Below, in pieces: positions 40,322-50,684 of a stretch of 51,008 bases of DNA. The stretch is from an uncultured archaeon. Its GTDB lineage: Archaea > Asgardarchaeota > Lokiarchaeia > Sigyniarchaeales > SOKP01. Every line of letters begins with the position of its first letter. Within the stretch, counting starts at the first letter, position 1. The position numbers were made by a program, and so were the translations under genes. The notes beneath the pieces are model-generated. The model was not told the DNA's origin. It saw nothing but the letters and a program-made list of their open reading frames with translations, and made no database searches. The stretch is from the NCBI GenBank assembly GCA_964525635.1, contig CAZGJX010000013.1, forward strand, positions 1 through 51,008, in the 5' to 3' direction.

Positions 40322-40909
40322 ATGAATGAAAATCCTGAAAAATATCTTAAAAAAGATATCTGTAAAAATATTAATAATAAAATATCCAAGAAATTTGTCG
40401 AGGTTGGATTAGAAAAAATTCTTGCATGTATTAATTGCGGAACATGTACAGGAAGTTGTCCTTCAGGACGACGTACTGCCTTTAGAACACGTTTAGCTAT
40501 TCGAAAAATATTAACTGGTGATGAATCAATTTTAAAAGATATTGATATTTGGCTTTGTAGTACATGCTATTATTGTTATGAGCGTTGCCCTCGAGATATA
40601 CCCGTGACTGATATGATAATTAAATTAAGAAATATCGCCGTAGAAGAAGGATATATTTTAGATAATCATTTTAATTTAGCATATAATATTTTTTTTAAAA
40701 CTGGACATGCTATATCTGCTATAGGAGAGGATAATAAAAAATGGAGAGCTCTAAGAAAATCTTATAAATTAACATCATTACCCCCTACAGTTCATTCATA
40801 TCCAGAAGCTTTGAAGGAATGTCAAACTTTAATGAAACAAGTTAAATTTCAAGATTTATTAGAAGGAGCAAAGAATAAAATAGAAAGGGATTTAAAAAAT
40901 AATGAATAA
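40322..40909 (+). CDS. hdrC: Heterodisulfide reductase subunit C (methanogen-like)
   Basis: CINCGTCTGSCPSGRRT, WLCSTCYYCYERCPR, TGHA, PPTVH. Confidence 0.95.
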   Translation: MNENPEKYLKKDICKNINNKISKKFVEVGLEKILACINCGTCTGSCPSGRRTAFRTRLAIRKILTGDESILKDIDIWLCSTCYYCYERCPRDIPVTDMIIKLRNIAVEEGYILDNHFNLAYNIFFKTGHAISAIGEDNKKWRALRKSYKLTSLPPTVHSYPEALKECQTLMKQVKFQDLLEGAKNKIERDLKNNE

Positions 40910-41858
40910 CCTAACATCAGAAAATAAATGGAAATATGCTTTATTTTTAGGTTGTGTTATACCAAATAGATATCCCATGATTGAACGTAGTATAAGAGAT
41001 GTTTTTGATGAACTGGGAGCGGAACTTTTAGATTTACCAGGTGCTTCATGTTGTCCTGCTCCTGGTGTATTTCGATCTTTTCATATTCCCACTTGGTATG
41101 TTATTGCAGCTAGAAATATTGTTTTAGCAGAAGAACTTAACTTAAATCCCATCACAGGATGTAATGGTTGTTATGGAACATTAAAAGACGTTTGGTATGA
41201 TCTTGAACATGATTCAGAATTAAAGAAAAAAGTAAATAAAGAACTTCAAAAAATCGGTAAAAATTATACAGGAAAATATGAACCTAAACATCTAGTTCAA
41301 GTATTATATATAGATATGGGTCTTAATTATATTCGTGATTTTATAAAATACCAATTTACAGATTTAAAAGTTGCAGTCCATTATGGGTGTCACATCGTTA
41401 AACCCAGCAAAAAAAGGCCTTGGAATGGTGAATATGAAAATCCTATATTTCTTGATGAAATTGTAGAACTAACTGGAGCTAAAAGTATTAATTATAAAGA
41501 TAAATTTATGTGTTGCGGAGCTGGTGGTGCTTTGAGAAGCGCAGTAAATGAAGTTGCTGCAGATTTTACTAAGGAAAAATTAATTAACATAAGGGATGTA
41601 GAAGCAGATATAATAATTAATTGTTGTCCTTTTTGCGAACTTCAATTCGACCTTGGACAAATTGAAGTAAATAAAATTTTTGCAAATGAAATTGGTAAAC
41701 CATTTAATATTCCTGTAATCTATATTACACAGCTTCTTGGAGTGAGTATGGGTTTAGACCCAAATCGTTTAGGATTAATTCGGAACCATAATATTAAGGG
41801 AGTATCTCCATTTATATCACATGATTCCTTCCTAAAAAAAATAAAAGAACAGTTTTAA
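40902..41858 (+). CDS. hdrB: Heterodisulfide reductase subunit B (methanogen-like)
   Basis: FLGCVIPNRYP, SCCPAPGVF, CNGCY, HYGCH, CCGAGG, CPFC..QFD.GQ. Confidence 0.95.
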   Translation: MNNLTSENKWKYALFLGCVIPNRYPMIERSIRDVFDELGAELLDLPGASCCPAPGVFRSFHIPTWYVIAARNIVLAEELNLNPITGCNGCYGTLKDVWYDLEHDSELKKKVNKELQKIGKNYTGKYEPKHLVQVLYIDMGLNYIRDFIKYQFTDLKVAVHYGCHIVKPSKKRPWNGEYENPIFLDEIVELTGAKSINYKDKFMCCGAGGALRSAVNEVAADFTKEKLINIRDVEADIIINCCPFCELQFDLGQIEVNKIFANEIGKPFNIPVIYITQLLGVSMGLDPNRLGLIRNHNIKGVSPFISHDSFLKKIKEQF

Positions 41859-41946
41859 TTAATAATAATTTAACGATGATTTTTATCTAATATAATATAT
41901 TAGAAGATAATCAAGAATTAATATCATCAATTCTTATTTATATAAC

Positions 41947-42284
41947 ATGCAAACCAAGATAATAGAAGCGAATATAAGAAATAGAAAATAGCTATTAGAT
42001 AATTTTAATGAATATTATTCACATAATCAGCAATACAATTATATTAATGAAGTTAAAAATTTTTATGTGATTATATTTGAAAAATTTTCTTAAGAGGAGC
42101 TTCTGATTTATCGGGAATTATAATATTTGATAAATTAGAAAATAAAAGATATAAAATAATAATAACGGTTTTGGAGGCGAAGGAAGGAATTTTTCGTTTC
42201 TCTTATGGTGCTGAAAAACCCCCGATAAAAAGAGTCTATGAGTTTCTTATTATTCAACCAAACCTAGTAATTATAAAAGAATAA
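41947..42284 (+). pseudogene. Degraded gene of about 110 codons (DUF6054-like pattern) between hdrB and hdrA
   Basis: ATG 41947, TAG 41989-91 and a -1 shift near 42087 join ..VIIFEKF to FLRGASDLSGIIIF..KEGIFRFSYGAEK..*42284. Confidence 0.5.
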
Positions 42285-42505
42285 TATTATAAGATTCATT
42301 AAATAGATATAAATTCTTACCATTAAAAATAAATTTTAATTTGAAAAAAGGGATTTTCCAATAATTATAATGAAAAATATTAAATAGTTTTTAATTAGAC
42401 TATTTTTTATTTGTTCTAGAGAATGTTCTTTTTTACTAAAAATTATAAATATTAATGGTACAAAAGAAACATAATTTAATCTGAATATTCAAAACGATTA
42501 TTAAA

Positions 42506-44464
42506 ATGAATTCACCTAAAATTGGAGTATATATTTGTCATTGTGGAGCAAATATAGCAGGAGTTGTCGATATTAAAAAATTAATTGACCAAATCTCAAA
42601 GATACCTGAGGTAATCCTAGTAAAGGATGATAGATTTATGTGTTCAGATATTGGTCAAAATTTAATAAAAAAAGACATTGAATCAGGAATAATCAACAGA
42701 GTTGTGATTGCAGCATGCTCTCCAACGATGCATGAAAATACATTTCGAGGAATATGTAAAGAATCAGGTTTAAATCAATTCTTAATTGAACAGGCTAATA
42801 TTAGAGAGCATGCTTCATGGGTGAATTTATATAATTCTGAAGGAGCATTTGAAATTGCTTTAGATCATATAAGAATGGCAGTTGCAAAAGTAAGAAAATT
42901 AAAACCTTTAATTCCTCAAAGAGTAAAAGTGAAACCCTCATGTCTAATTATAGGAGCAGGTATTGCAGGGATGAATGCTTCTCTTGATGTTGCCGATAAA
43001 GGGTATAAAGTTTATCTAGTAGAAAAAAATCCCACTCTCGGAGGGCATATGGCTCAATTAGATAAAACTTTTCCAACGATGGATTGTTCAGCTTGTATTC
43101 TTACACCTCGGATGGTTGATATAGCAAGACATAAAAATATTGAAATCCTTTCATATTCGGAAGTTATAAATGTTGATGGTTTTGTAGGAAATTTTAAAGT
43201 ACGTATTTTGAAAAAACCCCATTATGTTGATCAGAAAAAGTGTACTGGATGTGGAGCATGTGTAGAATTTTGTCCTGTTATATGTGGAAATGAATTTGAA
43301 CTTGGAATGACACAACGAAAAGCAATTTATATTCCTTTTCCTCAAGCAGTACCTGGACAATATACTATTGATATGGAGAAATGTATAAAATGCGGAGTAT
43401 GTGCTAGACCTGATATATGTGAACCTGAAGCAATTAACTTTGATGATAATGCTGAATATCTTGATATTGATGTTGGAACAATAATAGTTGCAACCGGTTG
43501 GGATTTATATGACCCAACAGAATTAAAACAATACGGATATGGTAAATTAACAAATGTAATAACTGGGTTACAAATGGAAAGATTATTAAGTTCTTTTGGA
43601 CCTTTAATGGGAAATCCCGCTCGGCCCTCTGATTTAAAAATCCCAAAAAGTATCGCATTTCTTCAATGTGTTGGTAGTAGATATTTTCAAGAAGGAGGTA
43701 ATCAATATTGTTCTAGAGTGTGTTGCATGTATGCAATTAAACAAGCAAGGCAATATAAAGAAAAACATCCAAATGCAGATGTATATATTTTTTATATTGA
43801 TATAAGAGCATTTGGTAAGAGTTATGAGGAATTTTATGAATCCTCACAGAGAGAATACAGAATAAACTATATTAGAGGAAGAATTGCTGAAGTGTTTGAA
43901 GATAAAGAACAAAATATTATTATTCGATCTGAAGATACGTTAATGCAACAGCTTATTGAATTAAAAGTTGATTTGCTTATCCTTTCTTGTGGTTTAGAAC
44001 CTAATATAGATACTGATAAAATTGCATGTTTATTAACTTTACAGAAATCTGTTGATGGATTTTTAATGGAAGCACATCCAAAATTAAGACCGGTTGATAC
44101 ATTAACAGAAGGTGTATTTATCGCAGGAGTTGCACAAGGTCCAAAAGATATTCCGGATACAGTTGCTCAAGCTAAAGCGGCTGCTTCTGGAGCATTATCA
44201 TTAATGGCTCAAGGAGAAATTGAAATTAATCCTTATTATTCTGTAATTAATGATCATCTTTGCTCTGGCTGTGGGATTTGTCAATCTCTCTGTCCTTATG
44301 GCGCTATAAATTTTAATAAATATAAAAAATTGGCAACAATAAATCCAATTCTGTGTAAGGGATGTGGGACTTGTGTGGCTTCATGTCCTACTCAATCTAT
44401 TGAACAAAATCATTTTACTACACAGCAATTAAATTCAGTAATCAATATTCTCCAGCAAAAATAA
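42506..44464 (+). CDS. hdrA: Heterodisulfide reductase subunit A (canonical 652 aa)
   Basis: IGVYICHCG, ACSP, GAGIAG, DKTFPTMDCSAC, inserted and C-terminal ferredoxins, YCSRVCCMYAIK. Confidence 0.96.
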   Translation: MNSPKIGVYICHCGANIAGVVDIKKLIDQISKIPEVILVKDDRFMCSDIGQNLIKKDIESGIINRVVIAACSPTMHENTFRGICKESGLNQFLIEQANIREHASWVNLYNSEGAFEIALDHIRMAVAKVRKLKPLIPQRVKVKPSCLIIGAGIAGMNASLDVADKGYKVYLVEKNPTLGGHMAQLDKTFPTMDCSACILTPRMVDIARHKNIEILSYSEVINVDGFVGNFKVRILKKPHYVDQKKCTGCGACVEFCPVICGNEFELGMTQRKAIYIPFPQAVPGQYTIDMEKCIKCGVCARPDICEPEAINFDDNAEYLDIDVGTIIVATGWDLYDPTELKQYGYGKLTNVITGLQMERLLSSFGPLMGNPARPSDLKIPKSIAFLQCVGSRYFQEGGNQYCSRVCCMYAIKQARQYKEKHPNADVYIFYIDIRAFGKSYEEFYESSQREYRINYIRGRIAEVFEDKEQNIIIRSEDTLMQQLIELKVDLLILSCGLEPNIDTDKIACLLTLQKSVDGFLMEAHPKLRPVDTLTEGVFIAGVAQGPKDIPDTVAQAKAAASGALSLMAQGEIEINPYYSVINDHLCSGCGICQSLCPYGAINFNKYKKLATINPILCKGCGTCVASCPTQSIEQNHFTTQQLNSVINILQQK

Positions 44465-44665
44465 TTACTCCTTATTTTAATATATTAGTTATAGGTTGAA
44501 GGATTTGATATTTATGCTAAACTTATCAAATATTTTATAGTATTTATCAAATTATTTCTATTTTATGAATCCCGGTTTTTAAATATATAATAATAGGTTA
44601 ATATTATCTCAGAGATATTTATTCTTCTTAAACATCTTATATAATGTCTTAGATCATTACATGAA

Positions 44666-47410
44666 TTAAGAATCTCTTATGATTTGATTAATATATCCAT
44701 ATTGTATTAAATCTGATAAATTAGCACTTATTTTATCTTTAGGTTCGTGAGGTATCCTTAATATTAAAAATTCTAATAATTTGGTTAAATAGAAATTCCC
44801 TGTTAGACTATAATATTTTTTCGCTAATTTAAGTATCTTTTCTTGAAAGGAAGTTAATTGAACAGATGGTGGATTTTCATTAATAATATGAGGATGTACT
44901 AAGTGTATATTAAAATATTTATCTATTAAATCCATAGAATTCTGAAACACAGATATTTCTCCTGAAAAATTTTTTAAGTATTTATAAAATTTGGATTCGA
45001 ATTCTTCGATAAATCCTTTAGATGCACTCATTATATAATCAGATGGCATTAAATTTATTATTAACGCTATTCTTATGAATTCACCATCTTCAATTAGAAT
45101 TTTATATTCTCTAAAATCTAATAAAAACAACTCTTTAGATGGCTTTTTTATTTTTTGTTCTTTTAATACATATTTAAAAGATGTAATTGCTTGAATAAAT
45201 CCACCAATTAAACTTGGTTCTTCTACTATTTTAAAATAATTAAGATTTAGAATAACAGTACTTGTTTCCTTATGGATTATCAATAAAGAATCAATATTAA
45301 GAGTATCAAACAAAACTTCTGTTTTTTCCTTCCAAACAGTTACTTTCTTTACTTTTTTACTTTTCTTTAAGATAATATATATTGAAATTCCAATTAACAC
45401 TGCAATAAGAACTAAAAGAAAAGTTAAATAATCTTGTATAAAAATATCAAACGGAGAACGTGTAATTTTTATTAATACAGTATCAAAACCTATTTGCCCA
45501 GTAGTAGTATTATATTCGATAGTAATATTAAATGTTCCTAAAACTGAAGTATCTAAAATATAAGGAATTGGATCACTATTTAACCAAATACGCCAACTTT
45601 TAGGAATATCGTTTTCATAGAATCTATATGAAATTCCACCAAAATCATCTGAAATTATCCAGCTAAGTAAATATCGAGTACCTTTATATACTTCATGATC
45701 ATTAGGTCCTTCAATTATTGGAATATCATCATTTATTGTGACTATTACTGAACTATTTAATCCCCTTTGGTGATAAATATCATAATATTCAATTGTATAT
45801 ACATATATCCCTGGATCACTCGGTTTTATAGGAACATTTAATAATATGTTATTGTTCCATTGAGTCCAAGGTATCCATTCATAAAAATTATTCTCTATAT
45901 CATTTATAATTATACGATATTCCCCTGTTCCTCCTATCTGATCACTAATCATCCAATTTATTATTCCTGTTACTGTTCCATTTGTGAATATATTATTTGG
46001 AGTGCTTAGTATCATCGGTCTATCATTTATAATTAAGTGTTTATAAAAAATGTCATAATCACTTCCTGCTCCATTATAATCAGTTCGATCTTGCCATACA
46101 ACACATACAGTTCCAAATTTATCTGCTGTAATTGAAGCTGCAGCAGAAAGCTCTGTACTCTCTGATGATATTAAATTCGTAGAACTCCAAGTTTCAGATG
46201 TAGTATTCAATAATCTATAAAATATATCCCTATCTTCTCCTGAATAATCTAAATTTGTAGAATCCTCCCACACTATATACACGTTTTCTAAATTATCCAA
46301 TGTAATAGAAGGATAATAAGAATTTTGAGTACTCCCATTTGAAATTATTTCAACATTACTCCACGTTTTTGTATTATTATCCCATTTTTTATAAAAGATA
46401 TCTGTATCACTTCCACAACCATTATAATCTGTTTTATCTTCCCATGTAATATGTAAGTTTCCTGTATCACCTACAACAATTTTGGGATATTGGGAAAAAT
46501 AAGAACTTTCATTTGAAATTATTTCAATATTACTCCATGTTTTTGTGTTATTATTCCATTTTTTATAAAAGATATCTGCATCACTTCCACATCCATTATA
46601 ATCCTCCCAATCATCCCATACTATATGTATATTATCATATTTATCAATAGTAATTTGTGGATTTTGAGAAGGTTGTGTACTCTCGTTTGATATCACCTCA
46701 GTTATCGTCCATGATTTAGATGTGGCATTCCATCGTTTATAGAATATATCATAATCATAAGTTCCATCAAAATCTGTTATATCAAACCATACAACATGAA
46801 TATTATCTTGGCTATCTATGACCATGGATGGTTCAACAGCGGATTGATTACTTTCTGTTGAAATAAGCTCAATTGAGCTCCATAATCCTGTAGTATAATT
46901 CAAATATTTATAATATATATCACTCTTCTCATTATCATTATTTATTGCAGTTATATTTGAAAGATCATCCCATACTATATGTACATCCCCCAAACTATCT
47001 ATAGCCATTGAAGTAGAAAAAGAATTATTGGTACTTTCATTAGAAATTATTTCAGTTGATGTCCATTCTTGTGTGTTATTATCCCATCTTTTATAAAAAA
47101 TATCCAAATCATTATATCCTGAGCCATTTAGATCTGTAATATCTCGCCATGCTATATGGATATTTTCAAAATCATCCATAAGTATAAATGGAATACTAGA
47201 ATGATTAACACTTTCACTAGAGATTATTTCTGATAATGAAAAACTATATAAGGAGCTTTTTAAGTTACTTGGTATTTTATTTAAATATTCATTATCTTTT
47301 TTTTTTGAAATATTATTATCATTATTATTATAGAAAATAGTTGAAATTAATAAAAATAAAAGTATTAGTAGAAATATATTCATTGATTTTTTATTTTTTT
47401 TTCTAATCAC
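44666..47410 (-). CDS. Single-pass protein: 7-blade beta-propeller + 2 Ig-like + TM + longin-like cytoplasmic domain
   Basis: Seven ~58-aa repeats (IS.ES..S..P.I..D...N.H..W.D......D.DIFYK.W), TM helix, LIGGFIQAITSF..YKILIEDGEFIRIALI..FIEEFE. Confidence 0.82.
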   Translation of the reverse strand: MIRKKNKKSMNIFLLILLFLLISTIFYNNNDNNISKKKDNEYLNKIPSNLKSSLYSFSLSEIISSESVNHSSIPFILMDDFENIHIAWRDITDLNGSGYNDLDIFYKRWDNNTQEWTSTEIISNESTNNSFSTSMAIDSLGDVHIVWDDLSNITAINNDNEKSDIYYKYLNYTTGLWSSIELISTESNQSAVEPSMVIDSQDNIHVVWFDITDFDGTYDYDIFYKRWNATSKSWTITEVISNESTQPSQNPQITIDKYDNIHIVWDDWEDYNGCGSDADIFYKKWNNNTKTWSNIEIISNESSYFSQYPKIVVGDTGNLHITWEDKTDYNGCGSDTDIFYKKWDNNTKTWSNVEIISNGSTQNSYYPSITLDNLENVYIVWEDSTNLDYSGEDRDIFYRLLNTTSETWSSTNLISSESTELSAAASITADKFGTVCVVWQDRTDYNGAGSDYDIFYKHLIINDRPMILSTPNNIFTNGTVTGIINWMISDQIGGTGEYRIIINDIENNFYEWIPWTQWNNNILLNVPIKPSDPGIYVYTIEYYDIYHQRGLNSSVIVTINDDIPIIEGPNDHEVYKGTRYLLSWIISDDFGGISYRFYENDIPKSWRIWLNSDPIPYILDTSVLGTFNITIEYNTTTGQIGFDTVLIKITRSPFDIFIQDYLTFLLVLIAVLIGISIYIILKKSKKVKKVTVWKEKTEVLFDTLNIDSLLIIHKETSTVILNLNYFKIVEEPSLIGGFIQAITSFKYVLKEQKIKKPSKELFLLDFREYKILIEDGEFIRIALIINLMPSDYIMSASKGFIEEFESKFYKYLKNFSGEISVFQNSMDLIDKYFNIHLVHPHIINENPPSVQLTSFQEKILKLAKKYYSLTGNFYLTKLLEFLILRIPHEPKDKISANLSDLIQYGYINQIIRDS
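46336..46603. repeat. 94-nt direct repeat (46336-46429 and 46510-46603) between adjacent propeller blades
   Basis: Manual alignment: 88/94 identical, 174-nt period. Confidence 0.85.
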
Positions 47411-47659
47411 TTATACCAAATCCTTTAATATGCTTACTCGAATATATTATAATTTTCTTTATTTTTTCTTAAAATGAATATCAGAAATCAATAATTAAGA
47501 TATTTTTTTAATTAATTTAATTTCAAATTATGATTAATTTTTATATATTCAGAAACATATCAATGATAGAAGATTTATTATTTATAGATTTTGTATTTAG
47601 TTACAGTTAAATTTCTTAAAATAAAAATCCAATTTAATTATTAATAAAACTGAAAAATA

Positions 47660-50392
47660 TTAGAAGATTGATTCATAATCTTCTCGTATAGGTACTAATA
47701 GTCCAAATTGTTTTAAATCATAGATATTGGCAATTATTTTTTCCTTTGGTTGATTTGGCATTTTTTCAATTAAGTAATTTAATAATTTACCAATAAAGAA
47801 GTGATCTTCTTTTCTCTCGAATTTTTTAATTATTTTTAATAGGTTTTCTTGAAAAGAACTTAATTCAATTGTAGCAAGACCCCTATTTACTCTATGAGGA
47901 TATACTAAAGATGTATTATAATACATATCAATTAGAAATATAGATTTCTGAAAGATATTAATTTCTCCATTAAAATTTTTCAGTAATTTATAATGCTTAT
48001 TTTCAAATTCTTCAATAAATTTCATCGATATTTTTTTTAAGTAGTTTGAAGGTTCTGAATTTAAAATTAAAGCTATTCTAATAAATTCTCCATCTTGAAG
48101 ATATATTTTATACTCCATGAAATCTAATAAAATCGATTCTTTTACTTTTTTTTCTATATTTTCTTTTTTAATTTCATATTTAAAGGAAGTAATTGCTTGT
48201 AGAAAACCACTTATTAAATTAGCTTTATGAGGTATTTTTGAAAAAGTCTTTTCTAAGATAACAGCACTCGTGTTTTTATGAATTAGAAAAAATGAATCAA
48301 TGTTGAGGAAATCGAAAAAGATATCTTTTTTTTCTTTCCATTTACTTCTGTTTTTTCTACTTTTCTTTTGCCTTAATATAATATAAGAAGTTATACCACT
48401 TATGATTCCAATAATTAGAATAATATACATTAAATAATCCTGAATAAATATATCGAAAGGAGATCGAGATATCGTTATTATAACATCATCCCAAAATACT
48501 TGACCTGTGTTTGTTGTAATTTGAATTGTAATATTAAATATTCCTAATTTAGATGTATCAACAATATAAGGAATAGGCACACCACTTGACCATAGAAATG
48601 ATAAGATTGGAATATTATCATTAAATATTATATAATCTCCCCCTCCAAAGTCATCTATGATTGTCCAACTAATTACTTTGTCTCGCCCCTTATATACAGT
48701 AAAATCATTTTGTGAGCTTTCAAAAATAGGGTCGGTATCAATAATAGTTACTTTGACTGAACTATTTATACCTCTAAGATAATATACATCATAATATTCA
48801 ATAGTATAAACAAATACTCCTGTTTTTATACTATTTATTGGAATATTAAATATAGAATTATTATACCAATCATAATATGGACTACATTCGATATGATTAT
48901 CAATTGTATTATTGGTAAAAACATGATACTTTCCTTGTTCAGTATCATCAGTAATAATCCAATTTATTTCTGATCCTGATCCATCAGTAATAATATCAGA
49001 TGGTTGATTTATTTTTGGATATTTATTTTTTATTAAATGTTTAAAAAAAATATCGGTATCTCCTCCACATCCATTATAATCCTCTAAATCAATCCAAGCT
49101 ATACAACCTTTTTCAAGATTTTTGATTGAAATAGTAGGATATTGAGAATATGTATTACTTTCAATAGAAATAACATTTATTATACTCCACACTTTTGAAA
49201 CATTGTTATACCATTTATAGAAAATATCCTCATCTGGACCAGCAATAAAGTAATCTGATAAATCTTGCCATGTAATATAAATATTGTCTAGCTCATCTAT
49301 GGTAATAGATGGATTTATAGAAGCAGAATTGCATTCTCTTGATATAATTTCAACGGAATTCCAATTTTTAGTCGAAGAATTCCTTAATTTATAAAAAATA
49401 TCCCTATCTGATCCACAATTATCATATCTTGTGTGATCATACCATGTTACATGCAAATTATTAGTGCTGTCTATTGCTATTGAAGGTCTATAGGAGGATT
49501 GATTGCACTCTATTGAAACTACTTCAAGGGTAGACCATATTTCAGTAGTAAAATTCCAACTCTTATAAAATATATCATTATCGGTTCCGGAATTATTATA
49601 GTTGGTAGTATCTTGCCAAGCAATATGTACATTACCATTATTATCTGTTGCAATTGAAGGATTTTGGGCTATTCCAGTACATTCAATAGAAATTCTTTCT
49701 ACATTAGTCCATGATGTAGTTGAATTTTCCCATGATCTATAGTAAATATTTGGATTATAATCTGAAATATTATAATCATACCAAGTTATATGAACATTCC
49801 CTTCCAAATCGTTTGTAATTTTAGGATTTCTTGAGTTTTTATCCATTCCAGATGACACTAGTTCTGTTTGTGTCCAATTTCCAGAGATAATATCCCATCG
49901 TCTATAAAAAATATCATAATCTGCTCCAGATGATAATAAATCTGTTTTATCTTCCCAAGCGATATGAATATTACCGAATCTATCCACATTTAATGATGGT
50001 AAAGACGAGTCATTAGTACTATTTGCAGAAATAAGTTCTATATCAGACCATAATTTAGTAACATTATCCCATTTCTTATAGAAGATATCTATATCATCAC
50101 CAGAAGCGGAATAATTATAACTATCTCGCCATATGAGGTGAATATTTCCAAAAATATCTATATCAGATTCTACTCCTGAAGAAGAACCATTACTTTCAAT
50201 GTTAATAACTTCAAGTTGATTAAAACTAATTGAAGAGCTTCTCAAATTCCTAGATAAATTATCAAAATCAATGATATGTTCTTCACTATGTTCTTTAATA
50301 TTATTGGAATTAAAGATTAATGAATTTGCTAATAAAGAGAGAATTATAACAAATAAAATAAGTTTAAAATAATATTTTTTCATAAAATTCAA
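47660..50392 (-). CDS. Tandem paralog: 7-blade beta-propeller + 2 Ig-like + TM + longin-like cytoplasmic domain
   Basis: Same seven repeats; RSPFDIFIQDYL juxtamembrane motif shared with the paralog; LISGFLQAITSF..YKIYLQDGEFIRIALI. Confidence 0.82.
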   Translation of the reverse strand: MNFMKKYYFKLILFVIILSLLANSLIFNSNNIKEHSEEHIIDFDNLSRNLRSSSISFNQLEVINIESNGSSSGVESDIDIFGNIHLIWRDSYNYSASGDDIDIFYKKWDNVTKLWSDIELISANSTNDSSLPSLNVDRFGNIHIAWEDKTDLLSSGADYDIFYRRWDIISGNWTQTELVSSGMDKNSRNPKITNDLEGNVHITWYDYNISDYNPNIYYRSWENSTTSWTNVERISIECTGIAQNPSIATDNNGNVHIAWQDTTNYNNSGTDNDIFYKSWNFTTEIWSTLEVVSIECNQSSYRPSIAIDSTNNLHVTWYDHTRYDNCGSDRDIFYKLRNSSTKNWNSVEIISRECNSASINPSITIDELDNIYITWQDLSDYFIAGPDEDIFYKWYNNVSKVWSIINVISIESNTYSQYPTISIKNLEKGCIAWIDLEDYNGCGGDTDIFFKHLIKNKYPKINQPSDIITDGSGSEINWIITDDTEQGKYHVFTNNTIDNHIECSPYYDWYNNSIFNIPINSIKTGVFVYTIEYYDVYYLRGINSSVKVTIIDTDPIFESSQNDFTVYKGRDKVISWTIIDDFGGGDYIIFNDNIPILSFLWSSGVPIPYIVDTSKLGIFNITIQITTNTGQVFWDDVIITISRSPFDIFIQDYLMYIILIIGIISGITSYIILRQKKSRKNRSKWKEKKDIFFDFLNIDSFFLIHKNTSAVILEKTFSKIPHKANLISGFLQAITSFKYEIKKENIEKKVKESILLDFMEYKIYLQDGEFIRIALILNSEPSNYLKKISMKFIEEFENKHYKLLKNFNGEINIFQKSIFLIDMYYNTSLVYPHRVNRGLATIELSSFQENLLKIIKKFERKEDHFFIGKLLNYLIEKMPNQPKEKIIANIYDLKQFGLLVPIREDYESIF

Positions 50393-50684
50393 CTCTTTAA
50401 CAATAATAATATTAAATATTATTCTTTCTTAGATTTTCCTTCTATTAATTAGTAAAATTAAAAATTATTATAAAAGTTTAGGGACAATTATCTATTTTAA
50501 TATTTTATTTTCAACAAATATAATTTGTAAAAAATAAACTTATATATTTATATTTAGTTGATTGTGTATTTATAGATTTCCTACAAACTTTAAATTATTT
50601 TTAAGAAGATTAAAAATTTAAATTAAACCTAACAATATATTAGTATAAATATAAATTATCAATTTTTTCTTGAATATATTTATC

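Noticed and set aside
976-41991. Alternative genetic code explaining the in-frame stops
   Set aside because: The interruptions use three different stops (TAA, TGA, TAG) plus frameshifts, and all three stops terminate normal genes here
1495-43658. Short antisense or overlapping ORFs in the track (e.g. 1495, 1989, 4039, 4997, 6187, 7122, 7220, 7252, 7557, 8427, 14742, 16947, 17340, 18131, 23481, 24347, 25707, 26051, 27060, 28352, 43151, 43434)
   Set aside because: They are shadows of well-supported genes, with no recognisable motifs
6782-44464. Selenoprotein forms of HdrA, MvhD/VhuD or FwdB
   Set aside because: All Sec-prone sites (DCxxC, CNWC, CHxGxCHY, VCHGP) are ordinary Cys in uninterrupted ORFs
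46336-46603. Diversity-generating retroelement TR/VR pair
   Set aside because: Both copies are in-frame blades of one gene, mismatches are not adenine-exclusive, and no reverse transcriptase is in the window
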